From Alphaproteobacteria bacterium 46_93_T64 (GTDB taxonomy: Bacteria; Pseudomonadota; Alphaproteobacteria; Sneathiellales; Sneathiellaceae): DNA of 64,000 bases. Position numbers and translations under genes: made by a program. The number at the start of each line of letters is the position of its first letter. Positions within the stretch are counted from its first letter, which is position 1. Of the stretch, positions 18,907-28,620 are shown one piece after another. Location: assembly GCA_002163135.1 (NCBI GenBank), contig MAAN01000020.1, positions 9,250-73,249 of the forward strand, written 5' to 3'. The notes beneath the pieces were generated by a model. It was given only the letters and a program-made list of their open reading frames with translations. It was not told the DNA's origin and made no database searches.

Positions 18907-19968
18907 TTGACCAAGTTATCATTCAAAATTTTAAGTGCCTTACTTGTGACCACAATTTTCATCGCTGTTCCTAATGCTCATGCTGAGGATTTGCAAAATT
19001 GTATCAAAGGACAAGCAGCGTTTAACGCCAAACAATATGATTTGTCTACAACATTCTATACAGCATGTATTTCATCCGGAAACTTGGGTGAACACTACAA
19101 GGCGATAGCCTATCAAATGCGCGGAATTGCCTATAGCCGGCAGAATAAAACAGATAACGCAATGAGGGATTTAAACGAGGCCCTAAATATTCGTCCGAAG
19201 AACGCAGAAACCCTGGGTGAAAGAGGTCAAGCATGGGCAATAAAAGGTAAATATGAAAACGCAGTCAGAGACTATTCTGCCTCATTGGAACTGAATCCAA
19301 AGGACATTGGGACCGCGTTGAATCGTGGCTTGAGCTATGAAGCACTTGGACGTGTACAAGAGGCAATCCTGGATTTCAAGGCGGCGTATGGCATGGGTTC
19401 TCGCTGGAAACCCATGTTGGATAAGCTCAAAAAGTACGCATCAGCGTCGTCTCAAAAAAACAAATACCAAGTAACTTGGAACTTGCCGGGAAATTTCCAT
19501 TTAGTGCATAAAGACGAAAACAAAATGCAGACGATATACCAGTATACACCGAAAGGTGAAACTGTGAAAAATTGGGGACAAATGATTACCTTGGGGGTTT
19601 TAAGGTTGGAAAAACCTGTTCTCAATATTGCTAAAGTTCATTTAAACGCAACACTCTCTGGTTTTCGTGCACCTTGCGCTTCCTCAGAAGTGCTACAGAT
19701 CAAACTAGCTGCAACAGAAATTCCATCAAATGTGGGGGCAGTATTATGTGACGGCCTAGACCAATCGAAGGTACCTAAACATATTTACACGAGAAAGAAT
19801 GGTTTCATATTTATCAAGAACTTTGAAACACCGGATATGATCTACACTTTTCAATATGAATGGCAGGATAATGCTCTTCCATCGTCTCACGTAAAGAAGT
19901 CAGGCTTACTAGAAGACACCGTAATACCTTTGATGGATACAGCTAACGTCATCTATGTGTCTAAGTAG
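18907..19968 (+). CDS. Secreted TPR-repeat protein with an unassigned C-terminal domain
   Basis: The TPR region spans roughly AFNAKQYDLS... to ...AILDFKAAY. A TTG at 18907, preceded by GAAGGA, gives the signal peptide MTKLSFKILSALLVTTIFIAVPNAHA. The longest-ORF start at 18811 abuts the sodB terminator, so I did not use it. Confidence 0.65.
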   Translation: MTKLSFKILSALLVTTIFIAVPNAHAEDLQNCIKGQAAFNAKQYDLSTTFYTACISSGNLGEHYKAIAYQMRGIAYSRQNKTDNAMRDLNEALNIRPKNAETLGERGQAWAIKGKYENAVRDYSASLELNPKDIGTALNRGLSYEALGRVQEAILDFKAAYGMGSRWKPMLDKLKKYASASSQKNKYQVTWNLPGNFHLVHKDENKMQTIYQYTPKGETVKNWGQMITLGVLRLEKPVLNIAKVHLNATLSGFRAPCASSEVLQIKLAATEIPSNVGAVLCDGLDQSKVPKHIYTRKNGFIFIKNFETPDMIYTFQYEWQDNALPSSHVKKSGLLEDTVIPLMDTANVIYVSK

Positions 19969-20022
19969 AAAATAAGTGAATATATTTAGGTTAGAGATTT
20001 TAAGGAATTCACGAAAACGACA

Positions 20023-20400
20023 CTAAGGCGCTATCAACGCAGCCGCGACACGGCGTTTTTCCAGCAGAAGGACATTATATGTCCGAACAGCCGCGCCGCT
20101 GTCCATACTGTCAATTGTGATACCCTTTGCACGTAAAGCGTTGCGGATATCATCTTCAATGAAGGCCATCACTGCGCCACAACCTATAAGCAGGATTTCA
20201 ACGGCGGGTGTTGCGTTTATGATCGGAGCTAACGCCTCAATGCTTAAATCCTCGATAGACGCAATATTCCACGCAGACGTTTGATCAGGTAATACGATGA
20301 CGTTACCTTCGTAGCGAACACCGCTAATGCGAAAGCCACCGTCACCGTACGAATTGACGAGCTGTTGCCCCTCTTCTGGTATGCCTGATATATCTTGCAT
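20023..20400 (-). CDS. Mth938-like domain protein (DUF498, NDUFAF3 homologue)
   Basis: VNSYGDGGFRISGVRYEGNVIVLP...EILLIGCG...MDSGAAVRTYNVLLLEKRRVAAALI. It starts 5 nt downstream of secF. Confidence 0.8.
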   Translation of the reverse strand: MQDISGIPEEGQQLVNSYGDGGFRISGVRYEGNVIVLPDQTSAWNIASIEDLSIEALAPIINATPAVEILLIGCGAVMAFIEDDIRNALRAKGITIDSMDSGAAVRTYNVLLLEKRRVAAALIAP

Positions 20401-20405
20401 ATTAC

Positions 20406-21359
20406 TTACGTATCAAAAGCTTCATCATCGCTGGGTTTAAAGCCGTCTTCTTCTTCATTGTGATGGGTCAAACCAATTTGCAGCAAGATCGGTGCTGCCA
20501 CAAAAATAGACGAATACGTACCGACAACGACACCAAAGATCATGGCTGTTGCAAACCCGCGAATAACTTCACCGCCAAATATAAACAAGGCAATCAACGC
20601 AAGTAACGTTGTCACCGATGTCATAACTGTACGGGAGAGCGTCTCGTTAATGGAAAGGTCGAGAAGGTCACGAACTTCCATTTTCTTGTAGCGTCGGAAG
20701 TTTTCCCGAATGCGGTCATACACCACTACCGTATCATTGATGGAATAACCCACAATGGTCAGGATCGCCGCAATAGATGCGACGTTAAACTCGATACCGG
20801 TAATGGCGAACATTCCGATAGTCAGGATCACGTCATGGACAAGTGCCCCGATAGCACCAACGGAGTAGTGCCACTCAAAACGCAACCAAATATATATCAG
20901 GATCGCTACAACCGAGACCAGAACCGCTAGAATAGCAGTATCCACCAATTCAGCAGAAACCGTTGGTCCAACGAATTCAATACGGCGATAGGAAATACCC
21001 TCTCCATTATCCGCAGTAAGTTGAACTTTCACTTTTTCAACAGCGAGCATTTGCGCCTTGCTGTCACCTTCCTGACGTTGAACACGGATCAGGATATCAT
21101 CAGGTGCACCAAATGTTTGCAAAGAGACTTGCCCAAGGCCAAGTCCGCCCAAAGCACTTCGCATATCACCAAGGTCAGGGGCATTTTCAAAGCCCGCCTC
21201 GATCATGATGCCGCCTTCGAAATCGATACCTTTGTTAAGGCCCGGTCCAAAGAACATAAACGCCGACAAAAGGATCAACACAGCGGATATACCGAACGTG
21301 ATGAACCGATATTGAAGGAAAGGAACCTTGGTGACTTCAGGAATGAGTTTAATCTTCAT
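20406..21359 (-). CDS. secF: Protein translocase subunit SecF
   Basis: MKIKLIPEVTKVPFLQYR start at 21359, preceded by GGGGAGGG. It has SecF TM topology and conserved motifs. The longer ORF to 21470 overlaps secD and I did not use it. Confidence 0.92.
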   Translation of the reverse strand: MKIKLIPEVTKVPFLQYRFITFGISAVLILLSAFMFFGPGLNKGIDFEGGIMIEAGFENAPDLGDMRSALGGLGLGQVSLQTFGAPDDILIRVQRQEGDSKAQMLAVEKVKVQLTADNGEGISYRRIEFVGPTVSAELVDTAILAVLVSVVAILIYIWLRFEWHYSVGAIGALVHDVILTIGMFAITGIEFNVASIAAILTIVGYSINDTVVVYDRIRENFRRYKKMEVRDLLDLSINETLSRTVMTSVTTLLALIALFIFGGEVIRGFATAMIFGVVVGTYSSIFVAAPILLQIGLTHHNEEEDGFKPSDDEAFDT

Positions 21360-21372
21360 GGTATCCCTCCCC

Positions 21373-22962
21373 TTAAACGTTAAGGGTTTTCGGGCGAGTA
21401 CGCTGCGCCCACAAACTAATAAGCATCCGTGACAGCAAAATTGCTGTGAACATTGAACACATAATGCCAATGCCCAGTGTCACCGCAAAACCTTTCACAG
21501 GACCAGATCCCATGACGAATAGAATAACCGCCGCAATACCAGTGGTAACGTTCGCATCAACAATAGTTGTAAATGCCCGTTTGTAGCCACTTTCGATAGC
21601 ATTAAATGGTGTTTTTCCGTTTCTGGTTTCTTCACGAATACGTTCGAAAATCAAAACGTTGGCGTCCACAGCCATACCGATTGTCAAAATAATACCGGCA
21701 ATACCTGGCAAGGTGAGCGTAGCGCCTAGAACTGAAAGCAAGGCACCGATCAGGAACATATTCATGGCAAGCGCGATATTCGCAACCAACCCAAACAAGC
21801 CATAAACAACTATCATGAAGACCGCGACAGCTACCAAGCCAATGATACCTGCAATTTTACCAGCCTCAATAGAGTCTGCACCAAGATCGGGTCCAACTGA
21901 GCGTTGCTCAAGAATGTTAAGGGGCGCAGGCAAAGCACCGGCACGAAGGAGCAACGCAAGATCTTGCGCACCCTGAACATTAAATCCACCACTGATGATC
22001 GCTGCGCCGCCAAGAATAGGCTCGTTAATACGTGGGGCGCTAACTACTTTACCATCCAAAACAATAGCAAATGGCCTGCCAACATTTTCAGAAGTAACGC
22101 GTCCAAACTGCTTACCACCTAATCCATTAAAACGGATAGAGACAACAGGTTGTCCTTGTTGGAAGGTTGCTTGCGCATCTTCAAGATTTTCACCAGAAAC
22201 CATAATCTGGTTCTTAATGACGTATGTTCTACCTTCTTCATTCAAAGACGGAAGTCGTTGAGATCCGGGAGGAACAGAACCGCTTGTTGCCGACCCTGAC
22301 AAGTTCACCAAATGGAATGTCATTTGCGCTGTTTGACCAAGCAGATCAATAATACGCTGGGGATCACCAAGGCCCGGTAATTGAACCAGGATCCGATCTG
22401 CACCTTGACGCTGAATGGTAGGTTCATTAACACCGGTTTCGTTCACACGGCGGCCAACGATTTCGATAGATTGAACAACGACAGCGCCGATACGTTCACT
22501 AATCGCTTGTTCACTTGGGGTCACTGATGCCTGACTGCCATCTTCGCTAATCTCGATAAGATGACTACGTTGTCCCGTCGGCATCATAACAGCGATTGGC
22601 AACAATGCCTGCCGTGCGGCTTCCCTGTCGTCTCCACTGCGAAGTGAAAAAGTCACAGAGTTTCCAGAAACCTTGAGGTTTCTATAACCAATACGTTTGG
22701 TTTTGTCTTCTGGCAGAAGGCTCGCTCGAACCGTGTCTTTCAGACTTAGCAGCATTTTCTTCTGGATATCTTCGGTGTCTACCTGCAGGAGCAGATGAGA
22801 GCCTCCCTGAAGATCCAATCCAAGATTGATATGCTGATTGGGTGCCCATTCTGGCAACTGTTCCAGCATCGATTTAGATACAAAATTGGGGATGGTATAG
22901 ACCACACCAAGAAGGCAAACTAGCACAACAAGGGCAGCCTTCCACTTAGGGAAGCTAATCAT
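21373..22962 (-). CDS. secD: Protein translocase subunit SecD
   Basis: INLGLDLQGGSHLLLQVD, a large periplasmic domain and a C-terminal 6-TM bundle. Confidence 0.93.
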   Translation of the reverse strand: MISFPKWKAALVVLVCLLGVVYTIPNFVSKSMLEQLPEWAPNQHINLGLDLQGGSHLLLQVDTEDIQKKMLLSLKDTVRASLLPEDKTKRIGYRNLKVSGNSVTFSLRSGDDREAARQALLPIAVMMPTGQRSHLIEISEDGSQASVTPSEQAISERIGAVVVQSIEIVGRRVNETGVNEPTIQRQGADRILVQLPGLGDPQRIIDLLGQTAQMTFHLVNLSGSATSGSVPPGSQRLPSLNEEGRTYVIKNQIMVSGENLEDAQATFQQGQPVVSIRFNGLGGKQFGRVTSENVGRPFAIVLDGKVVSAPRINEPILGGAAIISGGFNVQGAQDLALLLRAGALPAPLNILEQRSVGPDLGADSIEAGKIAGIIGLVAVAVFMIVVYGLFGLVANIALAMNMFLIGALLSVLGATLTLPGIAGIILTIGMAVDANVLIFERIREETRNGKTPFNAIESGYKRAFTTIVDANVTTGIAAVILFVMGSGPVKGFAVTLGIGIMCSMFTAILLSRMLISLWAQRTRPKTLNV

Positions 22963-22973
22963 GGATCAATCCG

Positions 22974-23321
22974 TTATTTCTTTTTGAGAAACCCGAGCAA
23001 GCCGCCGCTGGCTTTAGCTGTGTCTTTTGTCGCTGCAGCTGCATCAGCAGGCTCAGTTTTGCCGCGAACTTCTGTCAGTGTGGATTTAACCACATCTACA
23101 CGGACTTCTGGCGCAATCTCAACCTGAACCAGGTTGTCATCGCGAACTTTAGTAACTTTACCAGCGATACCGCCAGCTGTTACAACACTGTCACCACGAC
23201 GCACGCCTTCAACCATTGCACGGTGTTCTTTAACGCGCTTTTGCTGTGGACGGATAAGCAGAAAATAAAACACCACTCCGATAAGGACTAGTGGCATCAT
23301 TTGTGCAATTTCCGGGCTCAT
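22974..23321 (-). CDS. yajC: Preprotein translocase subunit YajC
   Basis: MSPEIAQMMPLVLIGVVFYFLLIRPQQKR...GDSVVTAGGIAGKV, with an AAGGA SD before the ATG at 23321. Confidence 0.88.
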   Translation of the reverse strand: MSPEIAQMMPLVLIGVVFYFLLIRPQQKRVKEHRAMVEGVRRGDSVVTAGGIAGKVTKVRDDNLVQVEIAPEVRVDVVKSTLTEVRGKTEPADAAAATKDTAKASGGLLGFLKKK

Positions 23322-23582
23322 TCTCTTAATCCTTACTCTACGCTTAAAATACAAGCGTTTCTTATTTGATCTATAGCAGCAGAAGCTGTTTTCTTACTGC
23401 CAAAAAAATTACGAACGACTGTTATAATAGACCTGTCTTCCATTGCAACAGCAAAGTATCTACCTGAAGGATCAGGACTGGTGCCCTTCCTCCACTAATT
23501 CAGTCTTAAACACATTTTTGACTATGTTTTTTTGTTCAGGAATATAGATTGGGTTTCCCGTAACAAATTACAATCGTGTGTC

Positions 23583-24440
23583 ATGGATAATAATAAAATA
23601 CTTGAACAACTCACCCGTATTGCAGATGGTCTGGATCGTTTAGCCCCTGCCCCATCAATCGAACCTGATCTTGAGGGCGGCACCGCCTTTGTCTGGAATG
23701 CAGAGAAAAATGTCCTACGCCCAATTCCTCGTGTCAATTATGTAGATATGGGAATGCTTAAAGGGATTGACCGCGTCAAAGACATCCTGATTGATAATAC
23801 TTTAAGGTTTGCCAAAGGTTTTCCCGCCAACAATGCGCTTCTTTGGGGGGCACGTGGTATGGGAAAAAGCTCTCTTGTGAAAGCAGCCCATGCCCTTGTA
23901 AACGAGGACCTTGAGGACAAATTGGCATTGGTGGAAATTCACCGCGAAGATATCCCGTCCCTCCCCGATCTAATGCAAACGCTTCAGCGATCAGATCGGC
24001 ATGTGGTTTTGTTCTGTGATGACCTATCATTTGATGGCGATGACGACACGTATAAATCGCTAAAAACTGTCTTGGACGGTGGCTTGGAAGGAAGACCTGA
24101 GAACGTTATTTTCTACGCAACCTCCAATCGTCGGCATTTAATGCGTCGTGACATGATCGAGAACGAGCGGTCCACAGCTGTTATGCCGTCAGAGGCTATT
24201 GAAGAAAAAGTATCTCTATCTGACCGTTTCGGGCTGTGGCTGGGCTTTCATAGCTGTTCTCAAGATGAATACATCGATATGATTCGAGGATACGTAAGCC
24301 ATTACAGCATCCCTATTTCTGATGAAGAGCTGGTAAAAGGGGCCATCGAATGGACACGGACCAGAGGATCCCGCTCTGGCCGCGTCGCATGGCAGTTTGT
24401 TCAGGAATTAGCGGGACTGACAGAAACAAAACTCTCCTGA
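23583..24440 (+). CDS. DUF815-type AAA ATPase
   Basis: Walker A GARGMGKSSLVKA, then VLFCDDLSF and ATSNRRHL, characteristic of the DUF815 family. ATG at 23583 (MDNNKILEQL). Confidence 0.8.
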   Translation: MDNNKILEQLTRIADGLDRLAPAPSIEPDLEGGTAFVWNAEKNVLRPIPRVNYVDMGMLKGIDRVKDILIDNTLRFAKGFPANNALLWGARGMGKSSLVKAAHALVNEDLEDKLALVEIHREDIPSLPDLMQTLQRSDRHVVLFCDDLSFDGDDDTYKSLKTVLDGGLEGRPENVIFYATSNRRHLMRRDMIENERSTAVMPSEAIEEKVSLSDRFGLWLGFHSCSQDEYIDMIRGYVSHYSIPISDEELVKGAIEWTRTRGSRSGRVAWQFVQELAGLTETKLS

Positions 24441-24441
24441 T

Positions 24442-25644
24442 TTAACGCCTGCCTAATAACCTCATTGGATTTTTGGCGGTGCCATTTTTCCGAATTTCAA
24501 AATGCAACTGGGCGGTCGTTACGTCGCCCGTTGCCCCTGCCGTCGCAATCACATCGCCCTTACGAACGGTCTCTCCTTTACGCACATTGGTTTGGTCAAC
24601 GTGACCATATGTCGTCACATAACCATCTGCATGGGAGATAAGAATTAAATTCCCGAACGAGCGCATTTCGTTGCCAACATAAGATACAACACCGTTTTCA
24701 GCAGCCCTGATCAGAGTTCCGCTTTTCAACTTGATGTTGATCCCGTCATTATGAAAACCTGTGTCTTTTTTTCCAAAAGCAGAAACGACAGGACCTTTTG
24801 CAGGCCAATTGAATATTTTCCCCGAGCGTATCGGTGGTTGCTTGATACTGTAGCGGTGCCTTGGGAGAGGCGGCAAATCCACTACAGAGATTGAAACGCC
24901 AACAGGCTCAACAATTTCAGTTGGCGGAAGCGTCGCAACATTCACAGGTTTCTGTTTTGTTTTGATTTCAGGTTGAACCACTCTTCTTACTGGCTGCGGA
25001 GCAGAGAGCGGTTCGATTTCAATGCTCTTTCCAGATAAGTTTGAGATTGTAGAGGCGTTATTGCGCGCAAAAATGGGGCGTTCCCTTGCAACTTCAGAAA
25101 CCGCCCATCCCGTTTTTCCAACAGAGGCTACGCGTATCTCATTTGCACCAGGTTGCGGTATTTTAAGCGTCATCCCTTGCGACAAAATATAAGGGGTTGC
25201 GAGTTGATTAAAGTGAACAACCTCCCCCATCTCTACTTCATACACTCTGGAAATGGCATACAAGGTTTCACCGCCCTGAACTCGGTGCATTTTAAAATGC
25301 GGAATTTTCACTTGCTGACCAACGCGAATTACGAAGGGCGGTTGGCTGTTATTTAACGCCACAATAGATTTCACAGGGACATTGTGCCGATTTGCTATTT
25401 TAGTGATAGTGTCGCCGGGTAACACGGTTACAAAGCGATAAGACAAATCCTGATAATAAAGCGATGGATTTCGAGTAATTTGCGGCGCAGAAATTGTCTT
25501 TAACTGTGCTTGCTTGACCGATATAGATTTAGGCGCTCGGCGTCCTTCTTCCGGTAGATATCTGTCATATCCACAGCCAGAAAGCCCACCAAGAAGCAGG
25601 CCAAATAACACCATATGAGGAACAGATTTCAGTTTCATTACCAT
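24442..25644 (-). CDS. nlpD: LysM-domain lipoprotein with a degenerate M23/LytM domain (NlpD-like)
   Basis: Lipobox LSGC, two LysM repeats and a C-terminal M23 domain in which the HxH motif reads QLHFE. Degenerate sites of this kind occur in amidase-activator NlpD proteins. Confidence 0.85.
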   Translation of the reverse strand: MVMKLKSVPHMVLFGLLLGGLSGCGYDRYLPEEGRRAPKSISVKQAQLKTISAPQITRNPSLYYQDLSYRFVTVLPGDTITKIANRHNVPVKSIVALNNSQPPFVIRVGQQVKIPHFKMHRVQGGETLYAISRVYEVEMGEVVHFNQLATPYILSQGMTLKIPQPGANEIRVASVGKTGWAVSEVARERPIFARNNASTISNLSGKSIEIEPLSAPQPVRRVVQPEIKTKQKPVNVATLPPTEIVEPVGVSISVVDLPPLPRHRYSIKQPPIRSGKIFNWPAKGPVVSAFGKKDTGFHNDGINIKLKSGTLIRAAENGVVSYVGNEMRSFGNLILISHADGYVTTYGHVDQTNVRKGETVRKGDVIATAGATGDVTTAQLHFEIRKNGTAKNPMRLLGRR

Positions 25645-25717
25645 TATAGGTTAAAACTTAACCATAAAACAGGATGATTCGCAAGGAAATTTACTGGATT
25701 ATACATCACGCAGAAAT

Positions 25718-26365
25718 TCAACTTTCCACTGCAAGCCCTTGAACTAAAGGTACAAATCTAACAGGAATTAATTCTTCTTCTGCGACCATCCCGTGATGAT
25801 CTTTAGTAATTCGCAAGATGATCTGATCCCCCTGATCAGGCCCTACTGGAATAATCATTACCCCATTATCTCCCAATTGATCAACCAGAGCAGAAGGCAC
25901 ATCTGCGGCTGCAGCCGTCACAATTATGTGGGAAAAGGGTGCTTGTTCTTTCCAGCCTTTATAGCCATCACCCAATTTTGACGTGATATTCGATATTTTA
26001 AGAGTATCAAATAAGTTAACCGCATTTATATGCAGGGAACGAAACCGTTCAATAGAATAAACGCGTCTAAACAGCTTTGAGAGTACTGCGGCCTGATACC
26101 CGGATCCTGTTCCTACTTCGAGCACTTTTTGACGAAGATCGGGTTTAAGCATTTGGGTCATATACGCCACGATATAAGGCTGGCTGATTGTCTGCCCACT
26201 GGTTATGGGCAGCGCAATATTCTCATACGCACGATCGCGAAATGTGGGCGGAATAAATTCTTCCCTTGGCACACGTTCCATTGCAGACAACACACTCGTA
26301 TTAGAGATCCCCTGACGGCGAAGCTCCATTATCAAACGAATTTTCTGCGTCGCATACTCGTTCAC
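25718..26365 (-). CDS. pcm: Protein-L-isoaspartate O-methyltransferase
   Basis: GQTISQPYIVAYMTQML, and the SAM motif VLEVGTGSGYQAAVLS. Apparent GTG start. Confidence 0.9.
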   Translation of the reverse strand: MNEYATQKIRLIMELRRQGISNTSVLSAMERVPREEFIPPTFRDRAYENIALPITSGQTISQPYIVAYMTQMLKPDLRQKVLEVGTGSGYQAAVLSKLFRRVYSIERFRSLHINAVNLFDTLKISNITSKLGDGYKGWKEQAPFSHIIVTAAAADVPSALVDQLGDNGVMIIPVGPDQGDQIILRITKDHHGMVAEEELIPVRFVPLVQGLAVES

Positions 26366-26381
26366 GATCGCACCTGTTCCT

Positions 26382-27137
26382 TTACGAAAGCTGTTTTGCC
26401 AAATCGCTCATCAGCGGATCTGCAGTCAGATTTAGATTAAGCGGTGTAACGGAGATATAGCCTGTGGATACGGCATGCAAATCAACACCTTCACTTGGCT
26501 CTCCTATGGATGGCCTGTAACCAAGCCAAAAATAATCAGTTCCACGCGCGTCAACTCTTGCATCAATAAGTAAATTGGAAAGATCTCTCTTTCCCTGACG
26601 TGTTGCCTGAATACCCTTCACTTCTTCCACTGGTACTGGTGGGAAATTGATGTTCATCAATGTTCCGCTGCCCCATTCCATTTCAAGAAGATTTTTGATG
26701 ATTTCAGGAGCCATTTTTTCAGCTGTATCCCAATGAATATTTTCGGGATCCAAAATACACTGACTTATGGCGACAGAACGAACTCCAAGTAAAGTTCCTT
26801 CACTTGCCGCCGCGACTGTACCAGAATACAGAACGTCTTCACCCAAATTGCCGCCGCGATTAACACCTGACAAAATTAGGTCAGGCGGGCTATCTTTAAA
26901 GATGTAATTGAGCGCCATCATAACGCAATCAGTCGGTGTCCCGCTGACAGAATACTCAGTATCAGAATATTTGTTGATACGGATAGGATCATGAAGGGTT
27001 AAAGAGCGGGAAGCACCGCTTTGCTCTTTCGCCGGAGCCACCACGATGACATCATCAGATAGTGCTGCAGCGATCTTCTTCAGTGTCACCATTCCTGGCG
27101 CATCAAAACCATCGTCATTACTGAGTAGAATTCTCAA
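26382..27137 (-). CDS. surE: 5'/3'-nucleotidase SurE
   Basis: MRILLSNDDGFDAPG start and GVNRGGNLGEDVLYSGTVAAA. Confidence 0.93.
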   Translation of the reverse strand: MRILLSNDDGFDAPGMVTLKKIAAALSDDVIVVAPAKEQSGASRSLTLHDPIRINKYSDTEYSVSGTPTDCVMMALNYIFKDSPPDLILSGVNRGGNLGEDVLYSGTVAAASEGTLLGVRSVAISQCILDPENIHWDTAEKMAPEIIKNLLEMEWGSGTLMNINFPPVPVEEVKGIQATRQGKRDLSNLLIDARVDARGTDYFWLGYRPSIGEPSEGVDLHAVSTGYISVTPLNLNLTADPLMSDLAKQLS

Positions 27138-27193
27138 AATTACACCTAATTCCTTTCTTCTTCTTATTATTATTAGTTAGTTGTACCGCGCAA

Positions 27194-28471
27194 TTATGTT
27201 TCTGCGCTGATGCTCTCTAATCCGCCCATATAGGGACGCAATACTTCTGGGACTAGAATTGATCCATCAGCTTGTTGGTAATTTTCCATCACCGCGATCA
27301 ACGTTCGGCCAACAGCAAGTCCAGAACCGTTCAACGTATGAACGAAACGTGTTCCTTTGGCACCTTCCGGGCGATAGCGAGCCTTCATACGACGTGCTTG
27401 AAAATCACCGCAAACTGAGCAGCTTGAAATTTCCCGGTAAGCATCTTGTCCCGGCAACCAAACTTCAATGTCATAAGTTTTACGGGCGCCAAAACCGGTA
27501 TCGCCTGCGCAAAGAACGACCACACGATAGGAAAGTTCCAAACGTTGCAGAATGTCTTCCGCACATCCCGTCATCCGCTCATGCTCTTCCTCAGATTGCT
27601 CTGGTGTTGTGATGGACACCATCTCGACCTTGGCAAACTGGTGCTGACGCAGCATGCCTGCCGTATCTTTACCGGCGGAACCGGCTTCCGAACGGAAACA
27701 AAGCGTGTGAGCCGTATAGCGAAGCGGCAATTCAGCTTCGGTCAAGATTGTATCATTGACCAAATTGGTAAGAGAGACTTCAGCTGTTGGAATGAGGTAG
27801 CTGCCAGTATCCAGTTTATAGAGATCTTCTTCAAACTTTGGAAGTTGACTGGTACCATAGAGTGCATTGCCGCGAACAATCACTGGAGGAGAGACTTCAA
27901 GATAGCCTTTTTCTTCAGTATGAACGTCGATCATAAATGCCGCTAGCGCACGTTCCAAGCGAGCGATTTTACCGCTGGTCACAACGAAACGACTTCCAGA
28001 TAATTTGGCTGCGGTCTCGAAATCCATCATTCCCAGATCAGCACCAAGCTCATAATGTTCCTTGGGAGCAAAATCTAGTGTTGGAGCTGAACCGAATGTT
28101 CGAACCTCGATATTATCGGCTTCATCAACGCCTACAGGTACGTCGTCTTTCAGAATATTTGGAATACCGGACAGAAGCTCATCCATTTGAGAGCTTAGTT
28201 CGCGGTCATCGGCTTCCATCTGCTGTACGGATGTTTTCAGGGACGCCACTTCTTTGATCAATGGCTCTGCATCTTCGCCAGATGCTTTGGCCTTGCCAAT
28301 TGCTTTTGCGGCTTCATTCCGCCGCGCCTGCGCAGTTTGCAACTCTGTTTGCAGATGACGTTTCTTCTCGTCCATCTGTAAGATCATCTCAGACATTGGT
28401 TCTGCCTTGCGGCGGGCTAGTGCCACATCGAACGCGTCTGGGTTTTCACGAATCCATTTAAGATCAAGCAT
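27194..28471 (-). CDS. serS: Seryl-tRNA synthetase
   Basis: [12 protein letters not shown] start, an N-terminal coiled coil and class II motifs ([25 protein letters not shown]). Confidence 0.96.
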   Translation of the reverse strand: MLDLKWIRENPDAFDVALARRKAEPMSEMILQMDEKKRHLQTELQTAQARRNEAAKAIGKAKASGEDAEPLIKEVASLKTSVQQMEADDRELSSQMDELLSGIPNILKDDVPVGVDEADNIEVRTFGSAPTLDFAPKEHYELGADLGMMDFETAAKLSGSRFVVTSGKIARLERALAAFMIDVHTEEKGYLEVSPPVIVRGNALYGTSQLPKFEEDLYKLDTGSYLIPTAEVSLTNLVNDTILTEAELPLRYTAHTLCFRSEAGSAGKDTAGMLRQHQFAKVEMVSITTPEQSEEEHERMTGCAEDILQRLELSYRVVVLCAGDTGFGARKTYDIEVWLPGQDAYREISSCSVCGDFQARRMKARYRPEGAKGTRFVHTLNGSGLAVGRTLIAVMENYQQADGSILVPEVLRPYMGGLESISAET

Positions 28472-28580
28472 TTCTTCGCCTGTTAGTCACATAAGAAAAC
28501 GGTTGGAATGTGTTGTATAAGCGCCCCTGTCCTGTCCGTCCAGAAGCAACAACAGAATGTTTGGCACAAAATCAAACAGT

Positions 28581-28609
28581 ATTGGGTATTTGTTGCTCAA
28601 ATACCCAAT
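28581..28609 (-). terminator. tatC terminator hairpin
   Basis: An 11-bp perfect stem ATTGGGTATTT / AAATACCCAAT with a 7-nt loop lies 12 nt past the tatC stop. On the minus strand it is followed by ACTGTTTGATTTT. Confidence 0.55.
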
Positions 28610-28620
28610 ATCATGTGCTG

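Noticed and set aside
20406-21470. Longer SecF ORF with a Cys-rich N-terminal extension (MALCVQCSQQFCCHGC...)
   Set aside because: The extension overlaps the 3' end of secD by about 100 nt. The internal ATG at 21359 has a strong SD and gives the canonical SecF N-terminus.
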